This document shows positions 1 to 12,747 of a stretch of DNA of 64,000 bases, in pieces. The notes beneath the pieces are model-generated. The model ran no database searches and was not told where the DNA came from. It was given only the letters and a program-made list of their open reading frames with translations. Position 1 is the first letter of the stretch. Each line of letters starts with the position of its first letter. Made by a program: the position numbers and the translations under genes. Source of the stretch: Eledone cirrhosa (taxonomy: Eukaryota); NCBI GenBank assembly GCA_964016885.1, contig OZ024755.1, positions 22,630,001 through 22,694,000 of the forward strand, in the 5' to 3' direction.

Positions 1-552
1 CTAGTGTATTTGTTTTTTTTTTCTGTATGTGATCTTAATACTATTTGAATGAGGTCTAAAATGTGTTGCTATGTCAAGCTCATAATTTTTGTTTGTTTGT
101 TTTTGTAAGAGTGAACAAATATTTCCCAATAACTTTTGACGTTCATGTATCTCTCTTTCAATGTGCTTAAATGATGTAATTATATTTCGACTGAAATGCT
201 TCAATAGTTTGTTATGTGCAGAACAATTTCTCGTTTCTTGTTCTAAAGCCATATCTTTTTATCAAAGCATTTTTAGAAGGAATAGAAATGTTCTTTAATG
301 AATACTCATTTAGGTGTTGGTACATCCTTGGTCTTGAAGTTTCCTGGTTGTGTCGCTAATACAGTTTCATATGGTATTTAGAGTTGAACTTAAGGATAAC
401 AATTATTACCAATGCCTATCTAATGATTCGTTTAGATATTAAACTGGGCTTAAATAACGAAATTAAATGAAATATTTATGTATATGCATCAGCCTACTAT
501 AACAATATCTTACAACAGAGGGATTTCCTTGAAGAAATACAATATATATCAC

Positions 553-1330
553 ATCATCATTGTGTTCCTGCAACTGGTGCAGCCAGTCGTTGGGGTGCCT
601 CTCTATATGTGCAGCTGGTGCAGCCAGTCGTTGGGGTGCCTCTCTAGATGTGCAACTGGTGCAGCCAGTCGTTGGGGTGACTCTCTAGATGTGCAACTGG
701 TGAAGCCAGTCGTTGGGGTGCCTCTCTAGATGTGCAACTGGTGAAGCCAGTCGTTGGGGTGCCTCTCTAGATGTGCAACTGGTGAAGCCAGTCGTTGGGG
801 TGCCTCTCTAGATGTGCAACTGGTGCAGCCAGTCGTTGGGGTGCCTCTCTATATGTGCAGCTGGTGCAGCCAGTCGTTGGAGTGCCTCTCTAGATGTGCA
901 ACTGGTGAAGCCAGTCGTTGGGGTGCCTCTCTAGATGTGCAACTGGTGCAGCCAGTTGTTGGGATGCTATTCTAGATGTGGAGATGGTGCAGCTAGTCAT
1001 TGAAGTGCCACTCTAGATGTGCAACTGGTGCAGTCAGTCATTGCCATTGGTCTCTGTTCTCTGTCATGTGTAGAAGAGTCTCAGTGTTGTGACCAGTCCA
1101 GCCTTTGAGGTTGTCGGACCACGATTTTCTTTGTCTTTTCTTTGCTCTCTCCTGGTTTAATTCTCCCTGTAGCCAAGGTGTAGCATTTAATATCACCAAA
1201 ACCTTCTTGACACTAATACAGAGGTTCTTCTCAATTCTTAAGTCTAATGCGCAGGACCTTCTCAATACATACCACATGATATTTAACAAGAACTCTTTGA
1301 AACATAGTCATAGCTATAATAAAAGTATCA
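553..1330 (-). mobile_element. Decayed RTE-like LINE 3' end with (ATG)n tail, containing a 41-bp minisatellite
   Basis: Minus translation RQRKSWSDNLKGWTG..LLHMTENRDQW resembles the LINE C-terminus. catcatcat tail at 553. Confidence 0.65.
568..1037. repeat. 41-bp minisatellite, about 11.5 copies (gtgcaactggtgcagccagtcgttggggtgcctctctagat)
   Basis: Unit starts at 609, 650, 691 and so on. Copies degenerate at the right end. Confidence 0.95.
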
Positions 1331-2384
1331 TGAATTTGGTTTCTGGCATCAACAGAAAAAATTAGTAGCAGCTTTGTCAGTTAGCCACCACCAGTGTAAT
1401 TGTGCCATCATCATCTCATGCCCACTTGAATGTAAATGCCAGAGCAATGAGTTATTATGCTGTACTAAAACGAAATTGGCAAACCATAGTGAACAAGTTT
1501 AACAGAAAATACTTTTAAGAACAGATACACGCAGCAAACATTTATTTAGGCGCCTTTAGAAAAGATATACCATCTATCTTTCACAGCATGTCTAGATACT
1601 GAAAGCTGAAAGCGCTGCAAACTTCAAGATACTGTGGCTTGTGGTGCAATTTGCCAAACCATATTCTGAAGGACCTGAATTTTGCTTCTTGTGTAGCTAT
1701 GAAGTTTTGTTTTATATTGACCTTTCAGCTTGTTAAATTCTATGAATAAACTAATTTTAAAATGTCATCACTAAAATATGTTTATTTTGTGAAACTTTAT
1801 TCTAACTACAATTGTATAGGAGGAATTATTTCATTATAGTTATATAAATATCCTATCTTATGAGTATTTAGAGTTCCCCTTGTTAATTTGTATTCTGTGT
1901 CAAAGATTCTAATAAGTAAGTGTTGTTGAAAAATATTTCGCAGGAGAATGATAACTATTAGAAAACTAACTTCTATTTTTTTTTTCTATTGAATATTGTG
2001 CATATTTTTACTTTATTTTATTTATCTAAGCACCAATCAGCTGTTTTCCCCCTCCTGTCCCTCTCTATGTCCCGCTCTTTCTTGCCATTTCTTTTTCTCT
2101 CTTTTCTTTATATTTCTGTGACTTTCATTCTCTTTCTTCCTTTCCATATTTTTCAACACACCCTAATATATTCTCCAAATACACTACATCTCTTCTCCTT
2201 CCTTTCTTTCTCTATTCAGTTAGTTACATAATCATGATGATGATCCAAATTGACAAGATCTCAGACTTGATTCACTTACCAGATGAGGTGGAACTCCTCA
2301 GATTAGACCCAGGAAACAATGTTTCCATTAGTCTTTCCATTGTTAATACTATCTACTGGTCGCAACTTTATCATTAATGTTCAC

Positions 2385-2580
2385 GGTGAAGGCGTTGGAT
2401 TGGCAGTATCGGTGGAGGGTTGGACGCCATGCTTTGCATCATGGAGTTCCGGTCCTTTACGATCCGAGTTCAAATCACGCCAAGGTTAACTTTGCCTTTC
2501 ATCCTTACGAGGTTGATAAAATAAAGCACCAGTAATACACTGGGATAATTGCTGGCCTTGTGCCAAAAGTTGAAACAATT
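2385..2580 (+). mobile_element. tRNA-derived SINE, family A (core gcctttcatccttacggggtcgataaaataaagtaccag)
   Basis: A/B-box-like head, shared core, 12-bp TSD attaatgttcac (2373-2384 and 2581-2592). More than 10 copies in the window. Confidence 0.9.
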
Positions 2581-2819
2581 ATTAATGTTCACACTCCTCT
2601 AATGAATACGCCTTTTCTTTATAACAGAGATATAGTTAATTAAATCCACTGTGATCATAATTTAACGAACAATCTACATCTTACAACCTGCTCCTCTTTC
2701 TCTTTACTCTCTTTATATTTCGGATATTTCTTTATTCTTTCTTTTCTCTCTGTTTTCTTCCAATTTTGCCAGTGTTTGTTTTACAGATTTCTTTATCACT
2801 TTTATTATATTTCTATCCT

Positions 2820-3040
2820 GAGGGTGGTGGTTTACCAGTATTGGTAGAGCATTGGACACCATGCTTTGCAGCATAGATTTACGGCCCTTTACGTTCTGAA
2901 TTCAAATCCCGCCGATGTTGGCTTTGCCTTTCATCCTTAAGGAGTCGATAAAATAAAGTACCAGTAATACACTGTGGTTGATTTAATTGACTTTCCCCTC
3001 CCCGCAGAAAATTGTTGGCCATGTGCCTGAATCAGAAACC
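2820..3040 (+). mobile_element. SINE family A
   Basis: Same core. TSD attatatttcta on both sides. Confidence 0.85.
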
Positions 3041-3874
3041 ATTATATTTCTACCCTCATACCTAAATACTCTGTTAGCCACCATACATCTTATTACTTTT
3101 TTCATATTTCTATCCTCATACCTAAATACCGTGTTAACCACCATATATTTTAAATGTTAGATTTTAAGTTTAGCATTTTAGAATCTTAGTAGATATAACC
3201 TTCATTTTGACCAAATATACGACACATAAATAGGCCTTTAAGTTGTATCGAACTATAATAAAGATTTTAGTTGCATCGAAAAATCTTGATTGTTGATATT
3301 ATCATTATTGCTAGTTGTAGCCTGGTTTTCCTGAGGACATACAGAAACACACACATTTTTCCCAACATTTTCAGTCAAAACTCGTTAGTGTGGTGAGAAC
3401 GCTCACTAGCTTTTACAAACACACTCCCTCTCACTGTATTTCTCTCTTAACAACAACAACCTATTGGTTTTTTTTTCTTGAAACAAATTTTAATTCTATC
3501 TTCACACACATTCTCTCTCTCATTGTATTGCTCTCTCAATAACAACAACCTGTCATTATAGTGAAATTCATTTTTAAAATCTGTATTGCATTTTCTATAT
3601 GTAGAAGGACATACTGAGACACACACACACAGAAATACAGACACACACAAACAACCAAAACAAACTCTATAGTATTCTCTTCATTCATTCGCACATTATG
3701 TTTTAGTTAGTTAGAGAGAGGATAGAGTGGGTGGGAGGTGGAGTAGTATTTCCCTCTCTGAATATAGAGAGCATGACGGATGGATGGTCAGAGAGACATG
3801 TTTCTTATCATAGTATAGATTATTGAGTTTACTTTATTTTACTTTATGTTTTGGGAACTTTTTCATAATACTGT

Positions 3875-3952
<78 letters not shown>

Positions 3953-4066
3953 CAGACATACATAACAAAGAAATAAGTCACCAAGTTCAACAGTTAATAC
4001 ATTATTTATTTTGAGCTTTAAATATCTGAATGCCTTACTGTTGTTTTATCAACTTATAGAATTATT

Positions 4067-4098
<32 letters not shown>

Positions 4099-4110
4099 AA
4101 CATATCTACA

Positions 4111-4151
<41 letters not shown>

Positions 4152-4156
<5 letters not shown>

Positions 4157-4410
4157 TAAATATCCATTGGGGGGAATACAAGCTAGACATACTAAAATTA
4201 GAAAGTTTCACAATGTTTTATATATATATATATATAAAGTGCGCTAAGCAACCAAAGTGTACAATAAAGTTATAACTGTATATATACAGATATAACTTTA
4301 TTGTACACTTTGGTTGCTTAGCGCACATTATATATATATATAAAACATTGTGAAACTTTCTAATGTTAGTTTGTCTAGCTTGTATTCCCCCCCAATGGAT
4401 GTTTATGCAT
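4152..4410. repeat. Long near-perfect palindrome (about 125-bp arms) centred on a short TA run
   Basis: atgcataaatatccattggggggaatacaagctagac... is mirrored by ...gtctagcttgtattccccccaatggatgtttatgcat. Confidence 0.95.
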
Positions 4411-4491
4411 TAGATAAACTGTTTTAAATGCTTCTCTGATTCTTTTCATTGAGATGCCCAAGTATATTCATGACAAATAACTTTCTGCCTG

Positions 4492-4524
<33 letters not shown>

Positions 4525-4565
4525 AAGATAATAATAAATGGAAACTATATTTATAAAACCATATT

Positions 4566-4630
4566 TATTTTATTATATATATTTCAAGGGCGACCAAGCA
4601 AATCTCGGTGCGCTTTCATCAGATAAAATA
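4566..4630 (-). ncRNA. Type I hammerhead ribozyme (Penelope-like minimal type), family H1 copy 1
   Basis: Minus strand reads UAUUUUAU-CUGAUGA-[stem II AAGcGCACCGAG..CUUGGUCGCcCUU]-GAA-AUAUAUAU-A-AUAAAAUA. 8-bp stem I and palindromic stem III. Confidence 0.85.
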
Positions 4631-5975
4631 CAAAATTTGTTTTATAAATAATGACATACCCATGGAAATCACACCTTGGCAGTCCGAAAATTCGCTGGAT
4701 AGTAAATATAGTTTCCATTTATTATTATCATGGAATATTTACTCCAGTAACTTGTTGAGTGCTCTATATCAGTTATAAACATTTATGTTTGTCAGAATTC
4801 CAACAAATTAAATGCAACTCCTACATATAGATATATATATATAGCTTAATGGATAGTAACCTTATGTTACTGTTGATTCACTAACTTGAGCATTCAATGC
4901 ATATGTGGGTCCATTTAAATATAGTACATGGTGTTGTATACTTGGTGTTATACTCTGGTCGGTTTCCTTTCTAAGAGTGTAATATTAATTGTTTCTACTT
5001 TTGGCACAAGGCCAGCAAATACCCAGTGCATTACTGGTACTTTATTTTATCGACCCCGTAAGGATGAAAGGCAAAGTTAACCTCAGTGGGAATAGAATAA
5101 TGTAAATGCTAAAGGGTTAAAGAGATAATAAACAAATTGTCAACTATAGATATATTTCAATGTGTGTGTGTACTTTAAATATATTGGAGAAACTACCCAA
5201 TCTTTATTACTAGATATTAGAAAATATTTATGTATGTATATGTGTGTGTATAGATACATAAGATGGGAAGGAGTTTTGTGGGGACTGGAATCATTTAGGG
5301 TTTTTATAACTTTTAATAATATTTGCATAAGTTTATGGAATGTAGAAATATTGTTTCATTGATATATAATAAATCAGAAATATTTCATGGAGCTATTTTC
5401 ATTTTGAAAGTTGTTTGAGTTATAGAAATATTTTGTGTAAGTAACAAAGTAACGAAGATTTTTTCTGAGAAATTCTCAAAGAAATCAACCTTGTTAAGTT
5501 TTCTTGTTTTTATCAAACAAAGATTAATTTCAACTCATTAGCATGAAGACATAGAAATGTTTGAGGTTTCTTTTAAACAAATTGAACTTTTTTTGTATGA
5601 AATTTTATTATTTTATTTTCTGTGTCATATTTGTTTTATTTTTTCTTTATGTGCTATAACATTTATTTGTGATAACATAAACAAAAAACTTTAAATATGC
5701 ATGTGGTTATTCAGCTGCTAAAACTTTGTAACAATATTTTGTTTTGGTGATTAATAATCTTAGAAAAATTAATAGTACTTGAAAATATCATATACACTGT
5801 CTTTAAACATCCTTAACTAGATATAATTCTTATTGTTTTTTTTTATTTGTTCTGTTCTTTTGTTGTTGTTGTTGTATTTTTTGTTTTGTTCTTTATTGTT
5901 TAGTTTTATTATAAATCATACAAAAATAACCTTTAATAATGTTTTTCTTTTTTCTTTTTGTTTTATTCTAATTAG

Positions 5976-6050
5976 TATGGTTGTGAAAAATGATCAACTC
6001 GCTCAGAGTAGATCGAAAGACTTGGATTCTAACAGCGACAGAGAAGAACT
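5976..6050 (+). CDS. RGS20: RZ-family RGS protein (RGS17/19/20-like), internal coding exon A (xMVVKNDQLAQSRSKDLDSNSDREEL); earlier exons presumably upstream of the window
   Basis: Polypyrimidine tract then attag|, donor |gtacgt. Ends in CT, which joins the first T of exon B (phase 2) and keeps the frame. Position matches the linker that follows the Cys string in RZ proteins. The symbol stands for the RZ family, not a resolved orthology. Confidence 0.75.
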
Positions 6051-6369
6051 GTACGTATATTAATGTTTGTTGTTGTCATATGTTGTTGTTGTTGTTCTCG
6101 TTTTTTAATGCTCCTATTCTGGAGAGCTTCTCTCAAGCATAGATAACCAATCATAGAAAGTGTTTGATTGACATTTTCATCTTTCTGAAGATTGGTGGTG
6201 GAAGGGGACATGTTGTTCTGAAATGTCAAGTCTTAAACTATGTGATCCTCATTCTAAAGATAACATGGAGTTCCTGAGTTTTCATTGAGATAATTGAGTG
6301 ATAGAAGTTCTCTCATTGGCTCATTACATTAACATGTGTTAAATAAGCGACATGGACTCTGTAAACTAT

Positions 6370-7505
6370 AGTGGAGGCAACTCGTCTAGGAGAGCAGACA
6401 CTCTGAATAGAAACTGATATAAAATGGAGAGGACTCTTGAGTTCAGTAAGACAACCTCTCTAGTGCTGGTGGCATGAATAATGCACCAAGCCCATACTGT
6501 AAAGTGATTGGAAAATTCTTTATGCAGATCACCTGGTTCTTATAGCTGAATCTGTAGAAAAATTGAAGAATAAGTTCTGACTGTGGAAACAGAATTTACA
6601 ATCAAAGAACTGAGAGTAAACTTAGAAAAAACTGAAGTTTTAGTAAATAGGAAAGAAGACAGGACCCTGGTCCCATCAGGTAAATGGCCCTGTTCGATGT
6701 GCAGAAAAGGAGTAGGTAGAAACTCTATATGGTGTACACAATGCAAATACTGGGTACACAAGAGGTGTAGTCGGATAGTAGACAGACTAAGAGGGGAGGA
6801 AGACTTAGTATGTAATAGATGCACAGTGGTAATCGATAGGAAGAGTATCAATGGTATAAACTTTTCCCAATCACATGAAGGATCCACAGAATTGGTTGAT
6901 AACTTCTGCAGCCTAGGTGACCTAATTAGCAGTGGAGGAGGCTGCTCCAAGAGCATAAGTAGTTCAAATGAGGAAAGGATGGAAGATGTTTAGAGAGTTA
7001 CAACCTCTGTTGACAACAAAAGATTACTCCTTATGAACAAAATGATGACTCTATGAAGTTTGTGTGTGAAGTGTGATGCTGCATGTTAGTGAGCAATGGC
7101 TGCAGAGGATATATGTAGGTTGGAAAGAGATGAAGCAACCATGCTTCATTGGATATGCAATGTTAATGTGAGAGAATGTCAGAGTTTGGATGAACTGAGA
7201 GTTTAAGAGGAATTAGAAGTAGTGTGCAAGAGAGAAAACTGCATTGGTGTGGACATTTGATGCTACATGGATGGTGATCGCTGGGTGAAAAAGTGCCAAG
7301 AAATCCCAGTGGAAGGAAGCCACAGTAGAGGAAGACCAATGAAGACCTAGGCAGAGGGTGTGAGAGGTAATCTCAAATCGCTGAGACTCATAGAAGAGAT
7401 GACAAAGGAACGCAACAAGTGGAAAGATGCTGTGGTGAAAAGGACCCATCCAACCTACGCAAGCATGGAAAAGCGAATGTAAAAATTAGGATAATGATGA
7501 TGATT
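6370..7505 (+). mobile_element. Decayed RTE LINE (5'UTR-like piece joined to RT C-terminal half and 3' end)
   Basis: LRVNLEKTEVL..KWPCSMCRKGVGRNSIWC..HKRCS. 3' end gcaagcatggaaaagcg..gatgatgat. Confidence 0.9.
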
Positions 7506-8099
7506 CGATGTTCCTGTGATTTTAGTATTTTACTAACTTATGATAAAATTCAGTCCTTAAAACCTATCATACATCACACTAAAAGTCTATCTTCTTAAAT
7601 TCTATTAACACATGAAAAATAATGTTCCCTTCTCTTGTAAGAAGGCTTAGTGTTCTGACTTTCTAACCACATTAATACACCTCACCACAAATATATTTGG
7701 AAAAGGATTCTAACACATCGACACTGAAGAAAATGGAATCATTTTCATGAAATACATAAACAATAAACATGTTATTATTTTGAATTCTGTAAAAACCTCT
7801 CTGAATTTCAATAAACAAAGTAATTGATACCATCATCATCCTCATCACCATTTAACATCCATTTTTCCATGCTAGCTTGGGTAAGATCAGTTGTGTGTAT
7901 ATATATATTTAAAAGCCAAAACCAGATTCCAAACTATTAGTAACAGTTTTCATCAGTAAAATCTATATTTTCAATGCTACATAAACATTTAAACATTTTA
8001 TCTCTTTGACAAATGACTTTGGTCAAAATGTCAGGATGCTTGTCTCCTAACAAAATACAAACCTATCCAGATTTGTGACTTTTACTATATATATATTTT

Positions 8100-10652
8100 T
8101 TGCAAGACTAATCGCAGGCAAACATCTTAGTTATAAGCTTTTCTGGGTGGGTAATGATGATGGGTTAAGTGGGGTAGGCATTTTACTTGCTGAGAGATGG
8201 ATAGATAAGACAATAGAGGTAGTTAGAGTTAGTAATAGAATAATTAAGCTTAGATTAGTTGTAGGCAAGAGACTGCTGACAATCATCTCTGCCTATGCTC
8301 CCCAAGCAGGCCTAGGTAAAGAAGAGAAAGACTGCTTTTACGAGCAACTTTTACAAACAGCTGCCATGACAGAGGACAGAGATGGTGTCAAATACCAAGG
8401 CATACCCCGGGGAAGAATGTACCCCACAGCATAGGTTAGTCGTTAGTGATATCTCAGTAAGCAAGAGACAGAATGAGACATACAGGAAGGTGTGGAAAAG
8501 AAAGGTCTGGAAGCTAAAAGACCTTTCACTAAAATATAAATTTAGGAAAGCCCTTCAAGATGTGTATGATGAAAAAGAAGACAATTTAGAGTCGTATGAC
8601 AGATGATAACTGGAATTTTTACGTGACAATTTACTGCAGGCTGCTGAAGAAACTTGTGGCTGGAGCAGAGCTCCAACCAGACAGAGAGTGACCTGGTGGT
8701 GGAACAGCATGGTAGATAGGGCCATTAGAGACAAAAGACTAGCATGGAATGCTTGGAAAAAGGGTGGGAGTAGGGAAGGATACACAGCCGCTAAGAGAGA
8801 AGCTAGACGTCAGGTGTACTTAGCATGCAGAGAGGCTGAGAGTAGGAGGTTTGCCAATGTTCTGTGATGGGAAGATCAGAGACATGTGGTATTCCGCATT
8901 GCAAGGCAGTGTGTCAGTGCAAATCAGGATGTTGTTGGGGACAAGCGTGTCTGGAATGATTCCGGTGTACTTAGTGTCATGAATGATCAGAAAAAGGAGG
9001 CCTGGAAAGTCATTATGAGAGACTGATGAATGTGGAGAACGAATGGGAGAAAGAGAAATTACCCCCAGTAGATCCGATAGAGGGACCAGCTATCATCAAT
9101 CAGGCTATATATGGCGGTGTCATACCCAAAGACTGGTGCAGCAGTACTCTCATAAATTGCTACAAAGGTAAAGAGGATACTTTGGAGAGGAGCAATTATA
9201 GGGGTATAAAACTGATCAGGTTATGAAAGTGTCAGAAAGGATATTAGCACAACTAATTAAAGAAAGGGTCAAACTAGATGAGATGGAGTTTGGTTTTGTG
9301 CCTGGGAAAAGTACAACAGATGCCCTCTTCTTAGTAAGACAACTACAACAGAGGTTCTTAGAGAAGAATAAGCCACTATACTTAGCTTTTGTTGACCTAG
9401 AGAAGGCCTTTGATAGGGTATCTCGATTTGTCATCTGGTGGTCCCTAAGGAAACTAGGTGTTGAGGAATGGCTTGTGAGGACAGTGCAAGCTTTGTACAG
9501 AGGTGCTGTCAGTAAAGTGAGGGTAGGAATGGAGTTTAGTGAGGAACTCCAGATACAAGTAGGAGTACATCAGGGTTCAGTCCTCAGCCCGTTCTTGTTC
9601 ATTATAGTCCTCCAAGCCATAACAGAAAAGTTTAAGACTGGCTGCCCATGGGAACTTCTCTATGCTGATGATCTGGTTCTTATAGCAGAATCAGTAGAGG
9701 AGCTAAAGAATAAATTCTGGCTATGGAAACAGCAGTTGGAATTAAGAGGACTGAGAGTGAACCTAGCTAAGACAAAAGTGTTGACGAGTAGAAAAGAGGA
9801 CAAAACTCTGATTCCATCAGGGAAATGGCCATGTTCGATATGCAGAAAAGGAACTGGCATAAATTCTATAAAATGTACACAATGCAGATCTTGGGTAAGC
9901 AAGGGATAAGTAGTGGGATAGCAGGCAAACTAACAGGTAGGGAAAATACATATGCAGTAGATGTACAGGGAAATTTAACAGTAGAAGTCGCATTGACAGA
10001 AACATTTTTCAAATGCAGATAGGTTCTATAGAAGTGGTTGATAGCTTCCGGTACCTAGGTGATCAGATTAGCATGGGAGGGGGGGTTCCGAGGCCATAGT
10101 ATCTAGAATAAGGATGAGTTGGAAGAAGTTTAGGGAGCTGCTTCCTCTGCTGACAAAGAAGGGTTTCTCCCTGCATACGAAAGGCCGGTTATATGATGCC
10201 TGTGTGAGGTGCACGATGCTGCATGGTAGTGAGGCATGGGCAGCAACTGCAGAGGATATGCGACAGCTGGAGAGAAATGAGGCAAGCATGCTCCGTTGGA
10301 TGTGCAATGTCAATGTACGTGAATGACCGAGCATGGGTGTGTTGAGAGAGAAACTGTGTTTAAGAGGGATAAGTTGTAGTGTGCAGGAGAGAAGACTGCG
10401 ATGGTATGGACATGTGATGAGTATGGAGGATGACCGCTGGGTAAAGAAGTGCCAGGAAGTCCCTGTGGAGGGAAGACGCAGTAGAGGTAGACCACGAAAA
10501 ACATGGGCGGAGGTGGTGAGAGCGACCTCAGATCGCTGAAGCTCACGGTGGAGATGACGAAGGACCGTGACAAGTGGAGAGATGCTGTGCTGAATAGGAC
10601 CCATCCCACCCTTGCAAGCAGGGAAAAGCGGACGTAAAATGTTGATGATGAT
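8100..10652 (+). mobile_element. RTE LINE with internal deletions (APE fragment, RT, PHD-like Cys region, C-terminus, (GAT)n tail), in an RGS intron
   Basis: GVGILL..IISAYAPQ; AFVDLEKAFDRV; GVHQGSVLSP; LLYADD; RRLRWYGHV; GRPRKTW. Stops and frameshifts present. Confidence 0.97.
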
Positions 10653-11269
10653 ATATATATATGAAAGATTAGAATACAATAGATTATTCACGATATTCTG
10701 TCTAGAGTTACGTCTGATAGTCAGTCTGGGACTTTAAAATTATGTAATAGATGTTTCGAAACATAGGGACAACATGAGTAGAACTCAGGTTTTGTGTTTA
10801 GACAAGCGCCATTATGCAACCCCTCAGGATATTGATTCCTTCTTCAATTCACAGCCCACAAGATGGATTCCCATTTCTGTATGGCTTAAACTTGGTTATA
10901 ACTTTCCATCCAATATTTTTTTTACAGCATGTACTGGGAGCATTTCATTGTAAATAGCGGTTAAATCTTCCCCAATTATACTACCTTGAAAAGAATTCAT
11001 TGAATAAAATAGTCTTATATTTACAATGGTTGCACCTGGAATGTATTTGACCCCATGTCGAAACAGACAGAACTAACCCATGGTTAAATAACAACACTAA
11101 ATTATTATCAGTGCAATTTTTTTTCTAAAATACATATCAGCCACATTATGAATATTCTGGATTTTTTTACAAAGAATTAAAATTTTGTATTAGTCAGTTG
11201 TTGTTTGTGTTGTTTTTTTTATATAGAAACAATTTTTTAATGGTTTCTGAACATTTCTATTTTATTTAG

Positions 11270-11331
11270 TTTATCATTAGAAGATATGAAAAACTGGTCT
11301 GAATCTTTTGACCGACTTATCAGAAGTAATG
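11270..11331 (+). CDS. RGS20: RGS17/19/20-like exon B (LSLEDMKNWSESFDRLIRSNG)
   Basis: tttag| acceptor and |gtaagt donor. WSESFDRL is the start of the RGS box (helix 1-2). Phase-1 junction with the next exon. Confidence 0.9.
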
Positions 11332-11461
11332 GTAAGTACATTAAAAAATATCTTGCTGTTGTTGTTGTTATGGTTATTGTTGTTACCGTTCTTGTTCTTA
11401 TCCTTGTTTTTTTTTATTGATGGGATGGTATTCTAAATCTATGTTGCATTTCTCAACCTAA

Positions 11462-11740
11462 TCATGCTTCGAGATCCACCAACACTACAGCTAACACATA
11501 CACACATGTACTTCCCTGACATTTGTGTATTATTCTATGTACTATACATACACCTTTGACGAGTTGTAGTGCACCTGAGCACTTTACACAATAATTTCAT
11601 AATTATGTGTATATCATGACTCATGTACTGTTCATTTTTCTGATGTTTGTACATTACCCACTGTACTATACATACACTTTTTGATGAGTTGTAGTGCACC
11701 TGAGCACTGTACACAATATTTCATTATTATTATTATTATT
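11462..11740 (+). mobile_element. Two tandem CR1 3'-UTR fragments
   Basis: Match the 3' end of the CR1 at 57940-58075 (gagttgtagtgcacctgagcactttacacaataatttcattatt), with (ATT)n tails. Confidence 0.85.
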
Positions 11741-12357
11741 TTTATGGAAGTAAATCTATTCCACATGCTGCTACCACCATAAATGAAACTAAGGGTCAGT
11801 TCTCCTCATGGTCCTGGCCGACCTTTCACTACCACTACCTTTCTCCCAGAAGTTCTACTGTCTGTTAAATAGTTAAAGCAGATCACATTTAATCTTATCT
11901 CTTTAACTCTTTTATGACAATATATGGCGGTGCCCCAGCATGGCCTCAGCCAGTTGACTGGAACAGGTAAAGGAGTAAAAATGTAATATCTAATGAAATA
12001 CACATCATATCTACTTCAATTAATTTCGAGTAATTTAGTAACATAACTAACTTTTTTTCATTATTGATTTCTGTTTATTTCACCGTCCAATGTAACACTG
12101 TCTTCATCTTTTCTTTGATCCCTTACTGAATCAATAAGCACAGAAAGATCACCAAATGCAGTGTTTTTATAATCACAAAGAAAATAGTGGAAGTTGGTAT
12201 TAACAGGGATTAATGGTTTCTGATTAAGTCACAAGGGCAATATATATAAAAGTAGCAAAAAATCATAATTGTTTTGGATAAAAATATTAAAATTGGAATT
12301 AATCTAATTGCATATATAGATATAATTAACAAGCCTTCAACATACCTCAGAAATAAT

Positions 12358-12747
12358 TGTTTCTACTATTGGCACAAGGCCAGCAATTACCCAGTAGATT
12401 ACTGGTACTTTATTTTATCGACCTCGTAAGGATGAAAGGCAAAGTTAACCTCAACGGGATTTGAACTCAGACTGTAAAGGGACGTAACTATGCTAGAAAG
12501 CATGGTGTCAAACCCTCTACCGATACTGCCAATTCACCGCCATCACCAACATACCTCAGAAATAATTGTTTCTACTATTGGCACAAGGCCAGAAAATTAC
12601 CCAGTACATTACTGGTACTTTATTTTATCGACCCCGTAAGGATGAAAGGCAAAGTTAACCTCGGCGGGATTTGAACTCAGAATGGCAAGGGCCGTAACTC
12701 TATGCGTCAAAGCATGGCGTCCGAACCTCTACCGATACTGCCAATCC
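12358..12747 (-). mobile_element. Two tandem SINE family A copies of different subfamilies
   Basis: Two complete reverse copies, separated and flanked by three copies of the acctcagaaataat target sequence. Confidence 0.92.

Noticed and set aside
1-420. 83-aa minus-strand ORF, possibly a retroelement N-terminal relic
   Set aside because: No recognisable motif. The RGS Cys-string exon was also not found in 1-5975.
568-1037. CRISPR-like appearance of the 41-bp repeat with an internal hairpin
   Set aside because: Units are contiguous with no unique spacers, there are no cas genes, and the context is eukaryotic.
7720-7770. CTGAAGA, hairpin, GAAA
   Set aside because: Stem II register overlaps the core and no stem I or III forms.
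7915-7962. Hammerhead-like CUGAUGA plus an 8-bp hairpin on the minus strand
   Set aside because: GAAA reads GGAA and stem I barely pairs; at best a decayed copy.
11281-11331. Alternative acceptor at cattag|aagat for RGS exon B
   Set aside because: Shifts the frame relative to exon A and hits TGA; the acceptor before 11270 keeps the frame.
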